A stretch of DNA of 64,000 nucleotides from Rhynchobatus australiae (Eukaryota): NCBI GenBank assembly GCA_034780895.1, contig JAUZTB010000076.1:43657922-43721921 (forward strand), given 5' to 3'. How positions within the stretch are numbered: the first letter of the stretch is position 1; each line of letters opens with the position of its first letter. The translations under genes and the position numbers were made by a program. The notes below the pieces were generated by a model. The model made no database searches. It saw nothing but the letters and a program-made list of their open reading frames with translations, and was not told the origin of the DNA. Positions 25,390 to 37,815 of the stretch are shown here, one piece after another.

Positions 25390-25573
25390 CTCAGAATTTT
25401 CCCAGCAGAGAGCAGCCGGATCTGAGATGAAATGGGCAGAGGAAGTCCATTCTTTAACCAGTTGAGCTGTGGAGGAGGGGAGCCAGTAGCTTTACACTCA
25501 ATGTTAATAGAGTTATCCAATATGGTAGTGAGTTCCTGGTTCCCTTTCTGATTACTGTGAATGGTTGGTGGAA
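25390..25573 (-). CDS. HMCN1: HMCN1 exon w19 (184 bp): (V)PPTIHSNQKGNQELTTILDNSINIECKATGSPPPQLNWLKNGLPLPISSQIRLLSAGKIL(R)
   Basis: ctccag acceptor, gttagt donor, phase 1-2. Confidence 0.93.
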
Positions 25574-26199
25574 CTGGAGCAGAAATGATATTGACATATT
25601 AGTAGATATTTGTGACTTACTATTTTATAAATAGATCAGTTAGAATCCCCGAATCGCACAATAATATAAATCTGAAAGGTTATTTTCCAGATCTCTAAAT
25701 ATTCAGTTGAATAAATGCTAAAAAAGCACTTAAAATGTTACAAGAAAAACTGAATAAGAGAACTAAATATAGTTTATGATGACATACAATATTAATATTN
25801 NNNNNNNNNNNNNNNNNNNNNNNNNNNNNNNNNNNNNNNNNNNNNNNNNNNNNNNNNNNNNNNNNNNNNNNNNNNNNNNNNNNNNNNNNNNNNNNNNNNA
25901 ATATTAATATTGCTCAGTACCAAAAATAATACAATAAACCAAAGATTTATTTTACATGCATGAAGTTAAATTGATCAAGTTATTAGTTTCATTTCTCTTT
26001 CTTCTTTCTCCTGAAGCCACCAATGTTCTGGATGTTGCTCTGACCTGGCACCTCACCCAAAGTGTCATTCTGGTTGTGAGCCAAGTCAGTGAATTTGGGC
26101 AAGCTATTTGACTCTGTAGGATCCAGTTTACATGCACATGTTGTAGAAAAGGTCACTGGACATTGATCAGAGATTTTTCTGAACCTTGTCTAAAACATC

Positions 26200-26600
26200 A
26201 AAATCTAGCTGGAAGTTCTCTTTGGCTCAATGAAACTCAAGCCTGACTTCAAAACTTCAGCACATGATCCACATAATCTTACAATGCTGGAAAATACTCC
26301 ATTGCACAGGATGTGGTTTCTCAATTGACTTATTAAGCAAGTCTTGAATGCTTACTCTTGTTGTTATGATTAACGGTGTCCCTTGCATTGCTCAAAGAAT
26401 AGCAGAGAAAGTTTTCCATGTCTTGATGAAAGTATCAACTCAGCCAAAATTGTCAGATGTTCACACTGATTTTATCACCGTAGCTTGCTATAAACAGTGG
26501 TGGCATACCACAGCCTACTATAACAATTGTTGTACATTTTGAAGTAATTGGAGATATTTGTGAACGAAGTGAAAAGACGCTACACAAAAACTCCGTTTTG
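26200..26600 (+). mobile_element. Highly decayed DeuSINE-like element
   Basis: Colinear similarity with the Deu-domain SINE at 35280-35940; tail gtgaaaagacgctacacaaa. Confidence 0.45.
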
Positions 26601-26841
26601 ACTTTTCCCATTTGTAACCTGGGGACAATGAAACCATTAGAACATCAAAACCATTGCCTTGGGTGAGGTCAGTGAACTCAATTCAGATCAGGCACTAAAC
26701 ATGGGCTCATCTAAATGTTGGATTACCTACTTAGCTACCTAGACATCTTATACCTTCCATCTCTGGCATTTTTTTGTACAGTAAAAACTAAGAACAGTAG
26801 AGCTTTAGGGAAGTTCTAAGTTTGTCGTTGACATTACTCAC

Positions 26842-26966
26842 CATAAACACTGAGGTTGAAAATACGATCTTCCTCACCAGCAGAGTTGGTGGCCACACAA
26901 GTGTATTTACCAATGTCTGCAGTCACTGTCCCATTAATGTGGAGGGTGCTACCATCTGGACTCACT
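26842..26966 (-). CDS. HMCN1: HMCN1 exon w18 (125 bp): (R)VSPDGSTLHINGTVTADIGKYTCVATNSAGEEDRIFNLSVY
   Basis: tgtcag acceptor, gtgagt donor, phase 2-1. Confidence 0.93.
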
Positions 26967-27939
26967 CTGACAGAACACAGCCACAACAAGTATATAAATC
27001 ACAACAGCAAGCTTTTCTTCACTGAAGTACACAACATGAAATGTTCTGCACGGCTACGCCTGATCTCTCCTGGAGTTATTGCACTGGAAATCACATTGGC
27101 AGCTGTTTGCACAACTTCTCTGGTCTTCTGCCTGACACATGGCAGGTGACTGAGAGAATATCCACAAGAATTCCATACCACAATGTTTCATAGAAGACTA
27201 TACCGTTCAAAATCCATTGAGAAACAACTTTAAATGTACATCAGATACAAGAATCTCCAGATATTGTTGTAATTACATGAATACATCTACAACTCAATAA
27301 TAGTTCTCACATGAAATCATTAATAATAATTACCATTATGTTGATTTGTTAACTATGCATCAATGGAAATCTAGAAAATATGTTTGCAACTAAAATTTGA
27401 AAGAAAAGCACCATTATCTCTGGGGCTTGAAACAAAAGCAATTTATGCAATGGGGTGAAAGTCATCTGAAGTTAAATGAATTTGGTTAGTTTATCATAAC
27501 ACTAATTAAGTGATTGCTCGCACCAAATTGTTAGGCTTATTGAGACTGACAGGTGGAATACGTCATAGAATTTCATGCAATTGTTGTTTGGATTCTTCGG
27601 TCAATGATTGGAACAGATTAAAAGTAAGCTTTAACCTGTTCTGCGCCCTCACTATGTCTTATATAATTAGGGGTGTTTGCTACTGCACCTGGCTTCAAAG
27701 AGAGAAGTATTGCACTTCATCTAAAAGTGCTGACATTGTCAATTAGGATGAAGGATGGAAATAAATGAAGGGAAATGAAAGGAAACAAGATGTGTGTAAA
27801 AAAGGTATTTGGTTGAGTGTGGGGTCTGTATATGTCAATTTATATTACACATTTCCACAAACAATGTAGGTGCAAAGATCTGATAATTACCTCCATGATT
27901 TTAAAAGGCATAAAGAAAAGATTGAAGGTTCAAAATTAC

Positions 27940-28099
27940 CTGACTCGTTTATCATCAGTATCATTCAGAGGTTTGCCGTCTTTAAGCCACTGCACTGAAG
28001 GTCTGGGGATGCCATCAGCAGCACAAACCAGCTTCACGTTTTCACCCAGTAGAACACTGACTTCACTGGGCATCTCAGAACCAAAAATACTAGGAGGGA
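27940..28099 (-). CDS. HMCN1: HMCN1 exon w17 (160 bp): (V)PPSIFGSEMPSEVSVLLGENVKLVCAADGIPRPSVQWLKDGKPLNDTDDKRV(R)
   Basis: ttacag acceptor, gtaatt donor, phase 1-2. Confidence 0.93.
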
Positions 28100-30007
28100 C
28101 TGTAATGCAACAGCCAGAAAAACTTAGTACAGAGCAAGCAATCCAAATTTCAATTTCAATAAAATCTCTAAAACCAATGGGTATGAAATCATGGTATTAT
28201 TTTTAGAAAGAGGGAATGTCAGTTTGCTCAACAGGCCAGATACCTTATGCAAGATTGCAACTTCAAGGACTTTTCTTCATACCCTAACCACAAATGTCTT
28301 CCCTTTACTTTAAGGTACTTAGTTGCCCCTTGAATGCACTTACTATGATTCTCCAGCAATTACCTTGGTCTATAATTCTTTGGTGGAAAGAACCTGTTTG
28401 ATTCTTCTTGGTTTATTTCTTTTGATCTGGTATTTGAAGCTTCCACAATAGTAACAATTGATCCAACTCTCTCATCAATCTCTCCACAATCTTGAAAATA
28501 GAGGATATTTGATGTTTTGCAAATCTTCTTTGACTTGGGTTATAAGCAATATCTGCATTAGTTCTGTTCTGTTATGATATTTTGTTTACAGCTGTTACTC
28601 CAAATGGGCCCTCACCTTAATTGTCTCTAAGCTCTCTGTAATGATACGAGAAGTCCTAATTTGTGGACATGGGAACCATCATGTTTATTTAAGCTTTTTA
28701 ACAAATATAAATGTATTTGCAATGCAAAATATTACATTCGTTGTTGAAAGTTTAACAGGAGATTGTCGTACTACTATTCCATGTTTCAAGTTTGTCAGTT
28801 CCCCATTGTGTTAGAATAATTAGAACATTTTAATTGGAATTCTGGACTGGAATGAATTAGTGAGATTCAAGGGATAAAATTGTTCTTTGGGCAATAACAG
28901 CTGTTTCTTTTATACCTACCCGAGTTTCCTTCTATTGAAGTCTGCNNNNNNNNNNNNNNNNNNNNNNNNNNNNNNNNNNNNNNNNNNNNNNNNNNNNNNN
29001 NNNNNNCACATTAATGACTTCTCAGGAGAAAAGTTATCATCTTTGAACTAGAACAAAATTACATTATTCCTTTTAAATGGCTACAGAATCGACACATACA
29101 TTCAAATGTGCAGTATTTTTAACATAAACATCCTAACAAATGCCCAGCAATAGCAGATTTAATCAAGATAATTTAAGGGATGGTTGTGCAGCCGGAATTT
29201 GAGCTGGATCTTGAAGTGTGCTCCAGCACTTGCAAAGCAGACACCAAAATTAAGATGGAGTGGGGAAAGTGTGAGGTTAGAGATTAGAGCTTGGGATGAG
29301 TTTGGAGTTTAGGACATGAGAATACAGGGTCAGGAAACTCCAATCCCAGAGGGGAATTTAAAAATATGAGCAAATTGAACAGTGCAATGGTTGAAGAATC
29401 AGGTAAGATGCATTAAGAGGAATGGCACCATGCAGGATTTATTTTAGGACTGGTTATATCTTTATGAAGTTGGAGTTTACTTAGCAAAAAGCAGCACTGG
29501 AGAAACTGAGCTCAGAGGTGGGATGGGTAGGGTGTGAGGCAAGGGCGAAGTCTGCAAATGCTGCAAAAGTAGTGATAGCAGATCCTGGTTGTTGAAGAGA
29601 TCTGGGATTTGAGGTTCAGCTTGGAGTTCATGATTGTTACCTGTCTGGTTCAGACTGAATAGACAAATGGTAATTGGATAAAAATGGGTGCCGGGGGTAT
29701 GTAAATAAGGTGACTCAGTCATGTGGATGTTCATTAAAGAACACCATTTTTATTAAATCTGACATTGTTCTGTGTTGATTATTCATTGACGTTAACAAGA
29801 GGAAGATTGGGAGAATGAAAGTTGGCGTTGGTTTCTTATGTATTCTTTCTCTTGAACTAGCTATATGATCGTCTTCGACTTGTTCTTTCTAGTTATGCAT
29901 TCAAACTAAGCAAATTGATTCTGATACAGCAACCAGCCTGAGACGATGATCTAATGATAAGCTCAAAGCAGCAGAAAAAGTACTCAGGACACTTGGCTCT
30001 TGCCCAC

Positions 30008-30157
30008 CTTGGATTGTCAGGATGTAGGTTTTCTGAGCCATCCCCTCCACATTTGCTGCCACACAGGTGTAGGAGCCACTGTCTGCAAGCTGTGAGCGAG
30101 CAATCTGCAGCTTGCTGCCTCCAGATAGAATGTGCATCTCCAAGGACTCAGCATTTT
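30008..30157 (-). CDS. HMCN1: HMCN1 exon w16 (150 bp): (E)NAESLEMHILSGGSKLQIARSQLADSGSYTCVAANVEGMAQKTYILTIQ
   Basis: cttcag acceptor, gtgggc donor. Confidence 0.93.
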
Positions 30158-31199
30158 CTGAAGCAAAAGAACACACAATAGAACATTCTTTTATTGGTTT
30201 GCTTGTTAGAATCCATTGTCCATTTTAGGAACAAATGATAATAGAAAAATGAAAATTCAAACAATTCATATTCATTTGATGCTGATTCTGTTTAGGTTGA
30301 TCCTAGTTAGAAGAGGGGTAAATACCTCCTTCTTCCTTATTTATTAGTCTTTAATAAAATATAAATTGAGCTTATTAATGATTTAACTGCTCAATGATTT
30401 TCCATTTAAATTTGGCTTACATGATTTACTGGAAATATATTGTGCAGAATATCTAAACATACTAAAAGGATATGTGTTGTATACATAAAAGCTATCTATA
30501 TAAAATCAAACAAGAAGCAAATACAGACCTATTTAAAGGGTATAATTATTTTCCAACAAAGGGTAGCTAAGCACTTCATTCTGAACATTTATAGCATGTA
30601 AAACTTTACCAAATAATGTAAATAATACAACTGCACAGTGCTATCCAAACCAATTACGGGCAGATTTATTCTGAAAATATTTTTCAGGAAGAGAAGCAGT
30701 ATTATCCAGTCAGCTTGATAACCTATCAGAACTAAAACACTGGGCAAGAAACTTCTTCACACAGTTTCACTACAAAATGGTGCTGTGCTGTGGAAAGCAA
30801 GGTTAACCCAAACAGAGCAGGATGCCCAAGGCTCTTTGGAGACATGATTCTCACCTTTCATCTCCTAAGCATGTTTTTTTCTGACATAAAACTCATCCAA
30901 ATAATCAGAGTGAAGACAAAAAAATGTCTCCTGTGAGATTTTCAACTTCACTGATTTGGATACCAGCCATTCTTATTGAATCACTGAACAACCAGGTTTT
31001 AATAAGCCTGCTTGTCCATGCTGTTTAAAGGGCCAACATTGAAACTGCAGTCTTGTGCCCTCACTTTGACTTGTGACCCCCTGATAAAATTTCATTACTG
31101 CCTTGATTACTTTGCCCAGGGAGATCAGAGTCACAGTCATGCTAAGCTTCCTAATCTATGATCAATCCAGGTTGTACTGCTGATCTCTGCCCCATCTCA

Positions 31200-31700
31200 C
31201 AGTTTGCTGCCCCACTGCTGGATCGGGGAGGTGACCCAAACTTTGCACTCAGGAAAAGGTGGCTCCAGATGCTTTACCTTCAGACCATAAGAGCAGGTAG
31301 GATACAGGCATTGGCTTGCATCGCAGGCTTCCCCAAACTGCAGACACTCAGAGACTCCTGCTGTGTCCTTGGAGATCTCCCTGCAACCTCTTGCCAAAAA
31401 TGTCCGGCTACAGCTCGAGTGAGTCTTGGTGCCCACTGTGCACAGAGAACACAACTCCTTCACGCTGTGCAGGTCCCACAGACCTCCTCAGATCCTTCGC
31501 CAATGTTCCCTCCCATTAATGCAGCATCCACTCATGCAGCAGCAACATTCCCCTGCAGGTGGAAGAGTGTTGCTTGTACTGTGGCACATCTCTGAAAGCT
31601 GGCTGCATACTGAGTATAGCGAGAATGTGCGATCCATCAGTTGGAAATGTGCTGCAACCAACCGTGTTGGCTCCCGGGGGATATTACACAGGGAACCCCA
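31200..31700 (+). mobile_element. Probable decayed PIF/Harbinger (HARBI1-like) transposase relic
   Basis: IAGFPKLQTLRDSCCV resembles the Harbinger motif IAGFPxVxGxIDCTHV; downstream LLHAVQVPQT resembles LMTPVxxPQT. Confidence 0.4.
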
Positions 31701-31959
31701 TCAACTCTGTTGTGTGAACTTCACAATTAAAGTTTTTGTTCTTATGACACTTTCAGAAACATTGTTAGAGCATTCGTCAATGCTACTTTAATGCCAAAAA
31801 TAGCTCGTGGAGCAATTTCTAGGCCCTAATTTCCCCCCCCCCCCACAGATACTGTCAGAGCTGCTGNNNNNNNNNNNNNNNNNNNNNNNNNNNNNNNNNN
31901 NNNNNNNNNNNNNNNNNNNNNNNNNNNNNNGGATTATTTACTCAACAAGATTATCTATG

Positions 31960-32700
31960 GGCCAGTTTTAGCAGTCCAGGTTACAGCAGTATTTCCGAGT
32001 TGCTGTTCCTCTACTTTGCGTTTGGCCTCCTCATGCAGTGCAGAAGGCCAAGGACAGACAAGAGTGGGAATGGGAACTGAGAATTGTAACAACATGCAAC
32101 TGAAAGCTCAAGATGGTCATTATGGACAGACCACAGGTGCACTGTGAAACATTTTGTCACCTACACATGATCACGCTTCATATTTCGCTTGGGTAGCCTG
32201 CAGCCTAAGGGTATGAACACTGAATTTTCCATTTTCAGGTAACCCACTCTCACCACCATTCAGGGTCTCTCTCCCTCTTTTACCCCTCTCCCCCTTGTTA
32301 CCCAGATTCATCACCCTTTTCCACCTGGTTCCATCAACCCATTGCCATTTCTCATCTCTCGGTTACCTTTCTTATCCCTTCTCCCTCCCCCACCTGGTTC
32401 CATCTGCATCATCCCTCCCTTACCTGGTTCCACCTATCAATACCCTTCCCCTTCCCAACCCCCAGCTCGCTCAATCTCTTAATTTATATTTTTCTTATGT
32501 TTCCACCAATCGCCTACCAGCCTGTCACACCCCTCCTCACTTGTATATACTGGCCATCTTACCTCTACACTCTCCTGATGTAGGGTCTCAACCTGAAACA
32601 TTGACCATCCCTTTGACTCCACAGATTCTGCTCGACCTGCTGAGTTGTTCCAGCAGTTTACTTTTTTCTCCAGCTTCCAGCATCTGCAATCTCTTTCAGC
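31960..32700 (+). mobile_element. Penelope-like element 3' end with an inverted upstream segment
   Basis: Plus-strand FIFRLGSLQPKGMNTEFSIFR* (GIY-YIG C-terminus) at about 32176-32241, pyrimidine-rich UTR and terminal module 32571-32695; 31990-32150 is adjacent GIY-YIG sequence on the minus strand. Confidence 0.78.
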
Positions 32701-32819
32701 TCCATGTCGCTCTGTCCTTGTTCTTGAAACTTTCTACTTTCCTTCATCAAAACAAATGCCAACTCCCCAGCTATGAGTTGAGTTTGCACAATTCCACCCC
32801 ACACTATCTCTGGTTTGCT

Positions 32820-32980
32820 AATGAGGGAGTGCAGTGAAGGTTCACCAGACTGATTCTTGAGAGACTGCTGTATGAGGAGAGATTATGTCATGGACAGGAA
32901 GATGGTACTTGATAGATAGATGATCAGCCATGATCAAACTGAATGAACTCATAGAGCCAAATAGCCAACTCCTGCATTCA
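32820..32980 (+). mobile_element. Deleted CR1 3' fragment
   Basis: gagggagtgcagtgaaggttcaccagactgatt; gatcagccatgatc. Confidence 0.65.
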
Positions 32981-33630
32981 ATGGTTCAATTAAATATCCT
33001 AAGCAATTCCTATTTCTATTCCCTTCTGCAGGAGGAAGGTGACTTTCTGATTTCTGTGGTCAACTATACATGTGAAATTACTAAGGAATGGTCAATAGTT
33101 TACAGGTTAATACAGGTGGTAGATTCATCATGAAAATTTCTATTCCAATATTCTAGAAATGCAAATAGTATTATATTTGATTGAAGTTAATCAAGGGCGT
33201 ATTCCCAGGACAGATCTCCCAGTTAATAGGACAGAACAAGGACAGATCTCCCAGAAAATGCTGCCAGCAGTGTGAGAGAAACATACACAGCTCCCTACCT
33301 GTGGTTTGTGGCAAAGTATTTCCTTTCTCCTGACTGTGCACTGTATTCCAATTCTTGGAACCACTCACACTGGGCCACAAAGACTTTCAGTTGTAGGGAA
33401 CACAGCTACCATAAGGCAAGGTAAAATAACATATGCAAGCTGCAGGCAAGTGCGGCTGTCACACAATCNNNNNNNNNNTTAGTGCTTAAGGGACAACCAC
33501 AGACCAGGGAATAGAAGCGTGTCTGCAGGCACTATGTCAAGACAACAGAAAGAACCCCTTCCAACATAACTCGTATCAGGCAACTTTAAAATTAGTCAGA
33601 AAATCTGTATGGATTCAGTAGCATAGCCAG

Positions 33631-33730
33631 ATTCTGACAAAAGGTCTTCGACCTGAAGCATTAACTCCGTTTCTATTTCCATCTACATTGCCTCACCTGC
33701 TGAGAGTTCGCAATTCTGCTTTTGTTTCAA
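33631..33730 (+). mobile_element. Penelope-type terminal module with hammerhead-like core
   Basis: ctgacaa-a-aggtc-ttc-gacct-gaag-ca-tt-aact followed by gcctcacctgctgag. Confidence 0.7.
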
Positions 33731-34036
33731 TGGTACAGCTAACTGAATCCTCAAAGTCAAAATAAAGCTCTGCACTCAAATGTACTCTGCTCTCTGTATT
33801 GTACAGCATCACAGTGTGAAATGAAACGATAGTACATATTTTAGCACTGATTTACACAAAAGGTATTTCAAACATTCCAAATGAGTGAACTAAATAAAAT
33901 GTGTAGCACTCTGACATTTACTAGGTATACTGGAATTAAGTGAGACACACTCCAAAGAGAACAATAGCTGGGGAAAAAATAAAAACAATTCTTCTTTTCC
34001 AGATAATGCTGAATTTATGCTGGTACTTCAATTATA

Positions 34037-34050
34037 CCACTAGGGGGCAT
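34037..34050 (+). promoter_or_regulatory. Candidate CTCF site
   Basis: CCACTAGGGGGCAT matches 13 of 14 positions of the core CCASYAGRKGGCRS, in otherwise AT-rich non-repeat intron. Confidence 0.5.
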
Positions 34051-34125
34051 TATCTACCTATCTTAAGGCAAACAGACTTATCCTTTTTCATTTAGATCAG
34101 TGCCAAAGTAGCAGCAGCATCTTAC

Positions 34126-34257
34126 CAATGGTCCTCCCATTCTTCAGCCAAGTTAATGTCGGTGGAGGAATGCCAGTAGCATCGCAGGCAAAAGTGACAG
34201 GATTGCTAATGACCTCATTGACTTTTTCCTCTGCCAGGCCTTCAATTCTGGGTGGGA
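34126..34257 (-). CDS. HMCN1: HMCN1 exon w15 (132 bp): (V)PPRIEGLAEEKVNEVISNPVTFACDATGIPPPTLTWLKNGRTI
   Basis: atgcag acceptor, gtaaga donor. Confidence 0.93.
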
Positions 34258-35279
34258 CTGCATGAGAAATAGAACAGTTGAATGATGTACAATTATTTCT
34301 TTATGTTTTTCCTGGCAAATACTGAGCATAACAAACCTTCCAATTTATGTGGCTGCACAGAAAAATGGCCAAGATTTGCAAGCCTGTTACTGTGCTCCTC
34401 TGCTTTTGAGTGTTCAAAAGAGATACTTGAGATTGAAATTCTTTTGCTGTAATACAGTTTGACATAAAACTGCATTGGAGAAAGGTCAACTATCTACTTA
34501 CGAAGGTGTTTAACTGCAGTGAAAACATACATTGTGACAAATGCACACACAAAGACACACATGCACACAAATGCGCATGCACACAAAGCTATGAGCTGGT
34601 TTAATTTTACCCTATTTATATTTGGAGGGGGTGAAATCAACTCCTGCAAGGGTTGGGAGCAGCTAATTTAGTACAGTGCTGGGATTTAATCTGGGATACT
34701 TCCTGAATTATATGGCTCAGTGCATAATGTTAGAAAGATAACTGGACACCTCAGGGATGGTTCTTCAAAAAGATAGCAACACCCGTTTTAATGCAAAGAG
34801 CAGCACATAATAGTATATACTTTTATGCTCTGATGACATACTTTGGCAGGAGTAAATGCATTTAATATTTTCAAATTGCTGAGAAAAGAATGCCAGTGAC
34901 AATGATGTCCTTCAAACGTACCAAATGAAAGTTCAGTCTCATGTGCAGGGGAATGAATTGCTCTGTCAGGAAACAATAATAACTTTGTTTCTGCAAATAG
35001 CTCCGAAATAAATAGAATAATTTTCCATGTCCCTGGTTCTGGCACCATTTGAAATGCCGCAAAAACAAAACTCCACAAGTTGGGTCTTGAATTTTTGCAA
35101 TTTATTTCATTATTTTAATAAAATATAGTAAACGATTAACACATTAGATTTCTTCTGCGTGCCTCATATACACAGAGATATCTCTCAGGTCATGGAGAAT
35201 GTGGATGTTAAACAAGGAGAGAGCACTCACATGTTGGCCTTGGCAATGGCAACACACATGTCCCTGAGCTGGAAGGTTG

Positions 35280-35940
35280 CTCATTCAAGACTACTGACCT
35301 CAGATTTTGTGATGTTGAGCTGGGAAGTTGAAGCAATCCTCCAGGAATTTGAGCTTATTATGCAGGATAAAAATTCACTGCAGTACTAAGGGAGTCTTGC
35401 ACTGTTGGAGGTACAGGTATTCCTAGATTTACAAATGTTTACTTTATGAAGTTTCACGACAATGACATTAACTCTCTGGGGGACGTGACTGTGATTTATA
35501 GATTTATTTTTCGCAATAATGAATAGTGTGATACTCTTCTCGGAGAAACAAACTACACAGAAAGACCCATAAGGCATTTTGCCCAGACATTTTGATTTAT
35601 GAAATTTTTCTTTATAAGAAGTTTTCCAGGAACACACTTGTGTAATTTGAGGAATGGCTGTGCTATCTTTTGCATGAGGTGAAATAGAGGCCAGATCTCC
35701 TGTTCCAATGGATGTAAAAATATGCAGTATTTTCGAAAGTGCAGATAGCTTCCCTGGTGGCCTGGGCCAAGCCAAATTCAAATAACATCACCTAAAGCGA
35801 TGAACAGATTATTGGACCACATCTCTCTTCAGCTTGTGCGACCTGGCCATGAGCATTTTAGTTTTCACTTTGCCCTACATAACAACTTCAATACTTTATC
35901 CTCTTTGGGATGACCAAGATCATGAAAGTCTTTAAACAAA
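35280..35940 (+). mobile_element. DeuSINE-like element split by a MITE; a second decayed copy follows at about 35955-36185
   Basis: Deu-domain gcagtactaagggagtcttgcactgttggagg continues as tgctatcttttgcatgagg after the insert. Confidence 0.65.
35414..35660. mobile_element. Tigger/pogo-like MITE
   Basis: Imperfect TIRs CAGGTATTCCTAGATTTACA and (reverse complement) CAGCCATTCCTCAAATTACA; left flank TA, right flank TG. Confidence 0.6.
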
Positions 35941-36594
35941 TCATTTCTTATCCTTCAGGCTGACACTCCAGGGCCGTGGAAATAAATCGTACATTATAAA
36001 ACTCCTTTTCATACTGAGAATGCTACATCATTGGAAGTACTGTTTTTGGAGAAAGACACTAAATTAAGCTTTAGCCTTTTGACTTCACCTTGTGGGATCT
36101 TGTTGCTAAGAGACCAACTTCAATGTTTGTTTGAACAACACTTCAAAGTGCTTGATTGCTTGTGAGGTACTCTGGCCCGTCCAGTAAGCTCCTTTTTAGT
36201 GGAAGCAGACTTTTGAAGCCGGGGGAAGATCATACAGTTGGTTTATTTAGGGAAGGATAAGATTTTTGATGAAGGAGTGGAAATCCAAACATAACAAGGG
36301 TATGTAGGACATGAAGAGGGTGTGGGCATAGCCTGCAGCTGTCTTGATAGTTTGTAGCTTAAGGGAGGAAATAGGAGGTGCCCTCTCAGAGATAAGGAAA
36401 CCTACAGCTGTACAAATATACCACGAATTAAACAATTCTTATTTGCATCCAAGTTGTTATAATTAACATACAAGATGTCAAAAAAACATCTTGCATCCCA
36501 CATTTCCTGCATTTAGTTCTGTTCTCTTTGCTCTTCCAGTAATTTCAGAGTTCATGTTTCATGTCCGAGTTGCACCTTCCCAACATATCAAAAG

Positions 36595-37387
36595 CAAATA
36601 AAAATAGCAGATGCTGGAAATCTGACATAAAAGCAGAACAACAGAAAATAATCAGGTCAGGCAGCATCTTTGGAGAGAGAAATGGAGTTACGGTTAACGT
36701 AGCGTTTTTACAGTGCTAGCGACCTGGGTTCAATTCCCACCGCTGTCTGTAAGGAATTTGTACATTCTCCCCGTGTCTGCATGGGTTTCCTCCGGGTGCT
36801 CCGGTTTCCTCACACATTCCAAAGACAATACGGGTTAGGAGCTGTGGGCATGCTATGTTGGTGCCGGAAGAGTGGCGAAACTTGCGAGCTGCCCCCAGCA
36901 CATTCTCAGTAACGCAAANNNNNNNNNNNNNNNNNNNNNNNNNNNNNNNNNNNNNNNNNNNNNNNNNNNNNNNNNNNNNNNNNNNNNNNNNNNNNNNNNN
37001 NNNNNNNNNNNNNNNNNNNNNNNNNNNNNNNNNNNNNNNNNNNNNNNNNNNNNNNNNNNNNNNNNNNNNNNNNNNNNNNNNNNNNNNNNNNNNNNNNNNN
37101 NNNNNNNNNNNNNNNNNNNNNNNNNNNNNNNNNNNNNNNNNNNNNNNNNNNNNNNNNNNNNNNNNNNNNNNNNNNNNNNNNNNNNNNNNNNNNNNNNNNN
37201 NNNNNNNNNNNNNNNNNNNNNNNNNNNNNNNNNNNNNNNNNNNNNNNNNNNNNNNNNNCAACATGTTTCATTCCGAACTTTTCCTAGTTCTGATCAAAGG
37301 TCATCAACCTGAAAAGCTGACTCTTTCTCCCTCTGCAAATGTTGCCTGACCTGTTGAGCATTCCCAGCATTTTCTGCTTTCATTTCA
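36595..37387. mobile_element. Inverted pair of Penelope-type terminal modules, interrupted by a V-SINE and an N-gap
   Basis: Left arm gcagatgctggaaatctg...caggtcaggcagcatctttggagagagaaa is complementary to right arm tttctccctctgcaaatgttgcctgacctg...cagcattttctgcttt. Confidence 0.72.
36691..36918 (+). mobile_element. Young V-SINE (3' end in gap)
   Basis: gggttcaattccc B-box; near-consensus V-domain ttctccccgtgtctgcatgggtttcctccgggtgctccggtttcctc; many CpGs retained. Confidence 0.85.
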
Positions 37388-37733
37388 TATTAGCCAAGAA
37401 ATAATGTTGGATGTTCAATGTAAAACCGAGCCTCTGGCAGAAACACAAGAGAATCATATCAGATCAGCTGCCAAATGTATGTAGCCCCTCATATTTAATT
37501 CTACTGCTGTCAATGGAAATAAACGCTCTATACAAGGCATGACCAATCCAAAACTGCCAGAGCTGAATTTCTGGTCTTGAAACGTTGTGCTAACACCGAT
37601 TGACAATGGACTCCAATGATTGCATCTGGGAGACGGACATTGCCAGCTTTTCATTCTTTCATCTAAAAACAAATTTGATTAGTTGTACATTCCATATCCA
37701 CACACAAACGATACTTCTTCAGAACAAACTTAC

Positions 37734-37815
37734 CATGTATATTGAGATGGAAATTCTTATCCATTTGCCCAGCAATGTTTGTGGCCTTACAGACATACTG
37801 GCCTGTGTCTGAAAC
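37734..37815 (-). CDS. HMCN1: HMCN1 exon w14 (82 bp): VSDTGQYVCKATNIAGQMDKNFHLNIH
   Basis: acttag acceptor, gtaagt donor, phase 0-1. Confidence 0.93.
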
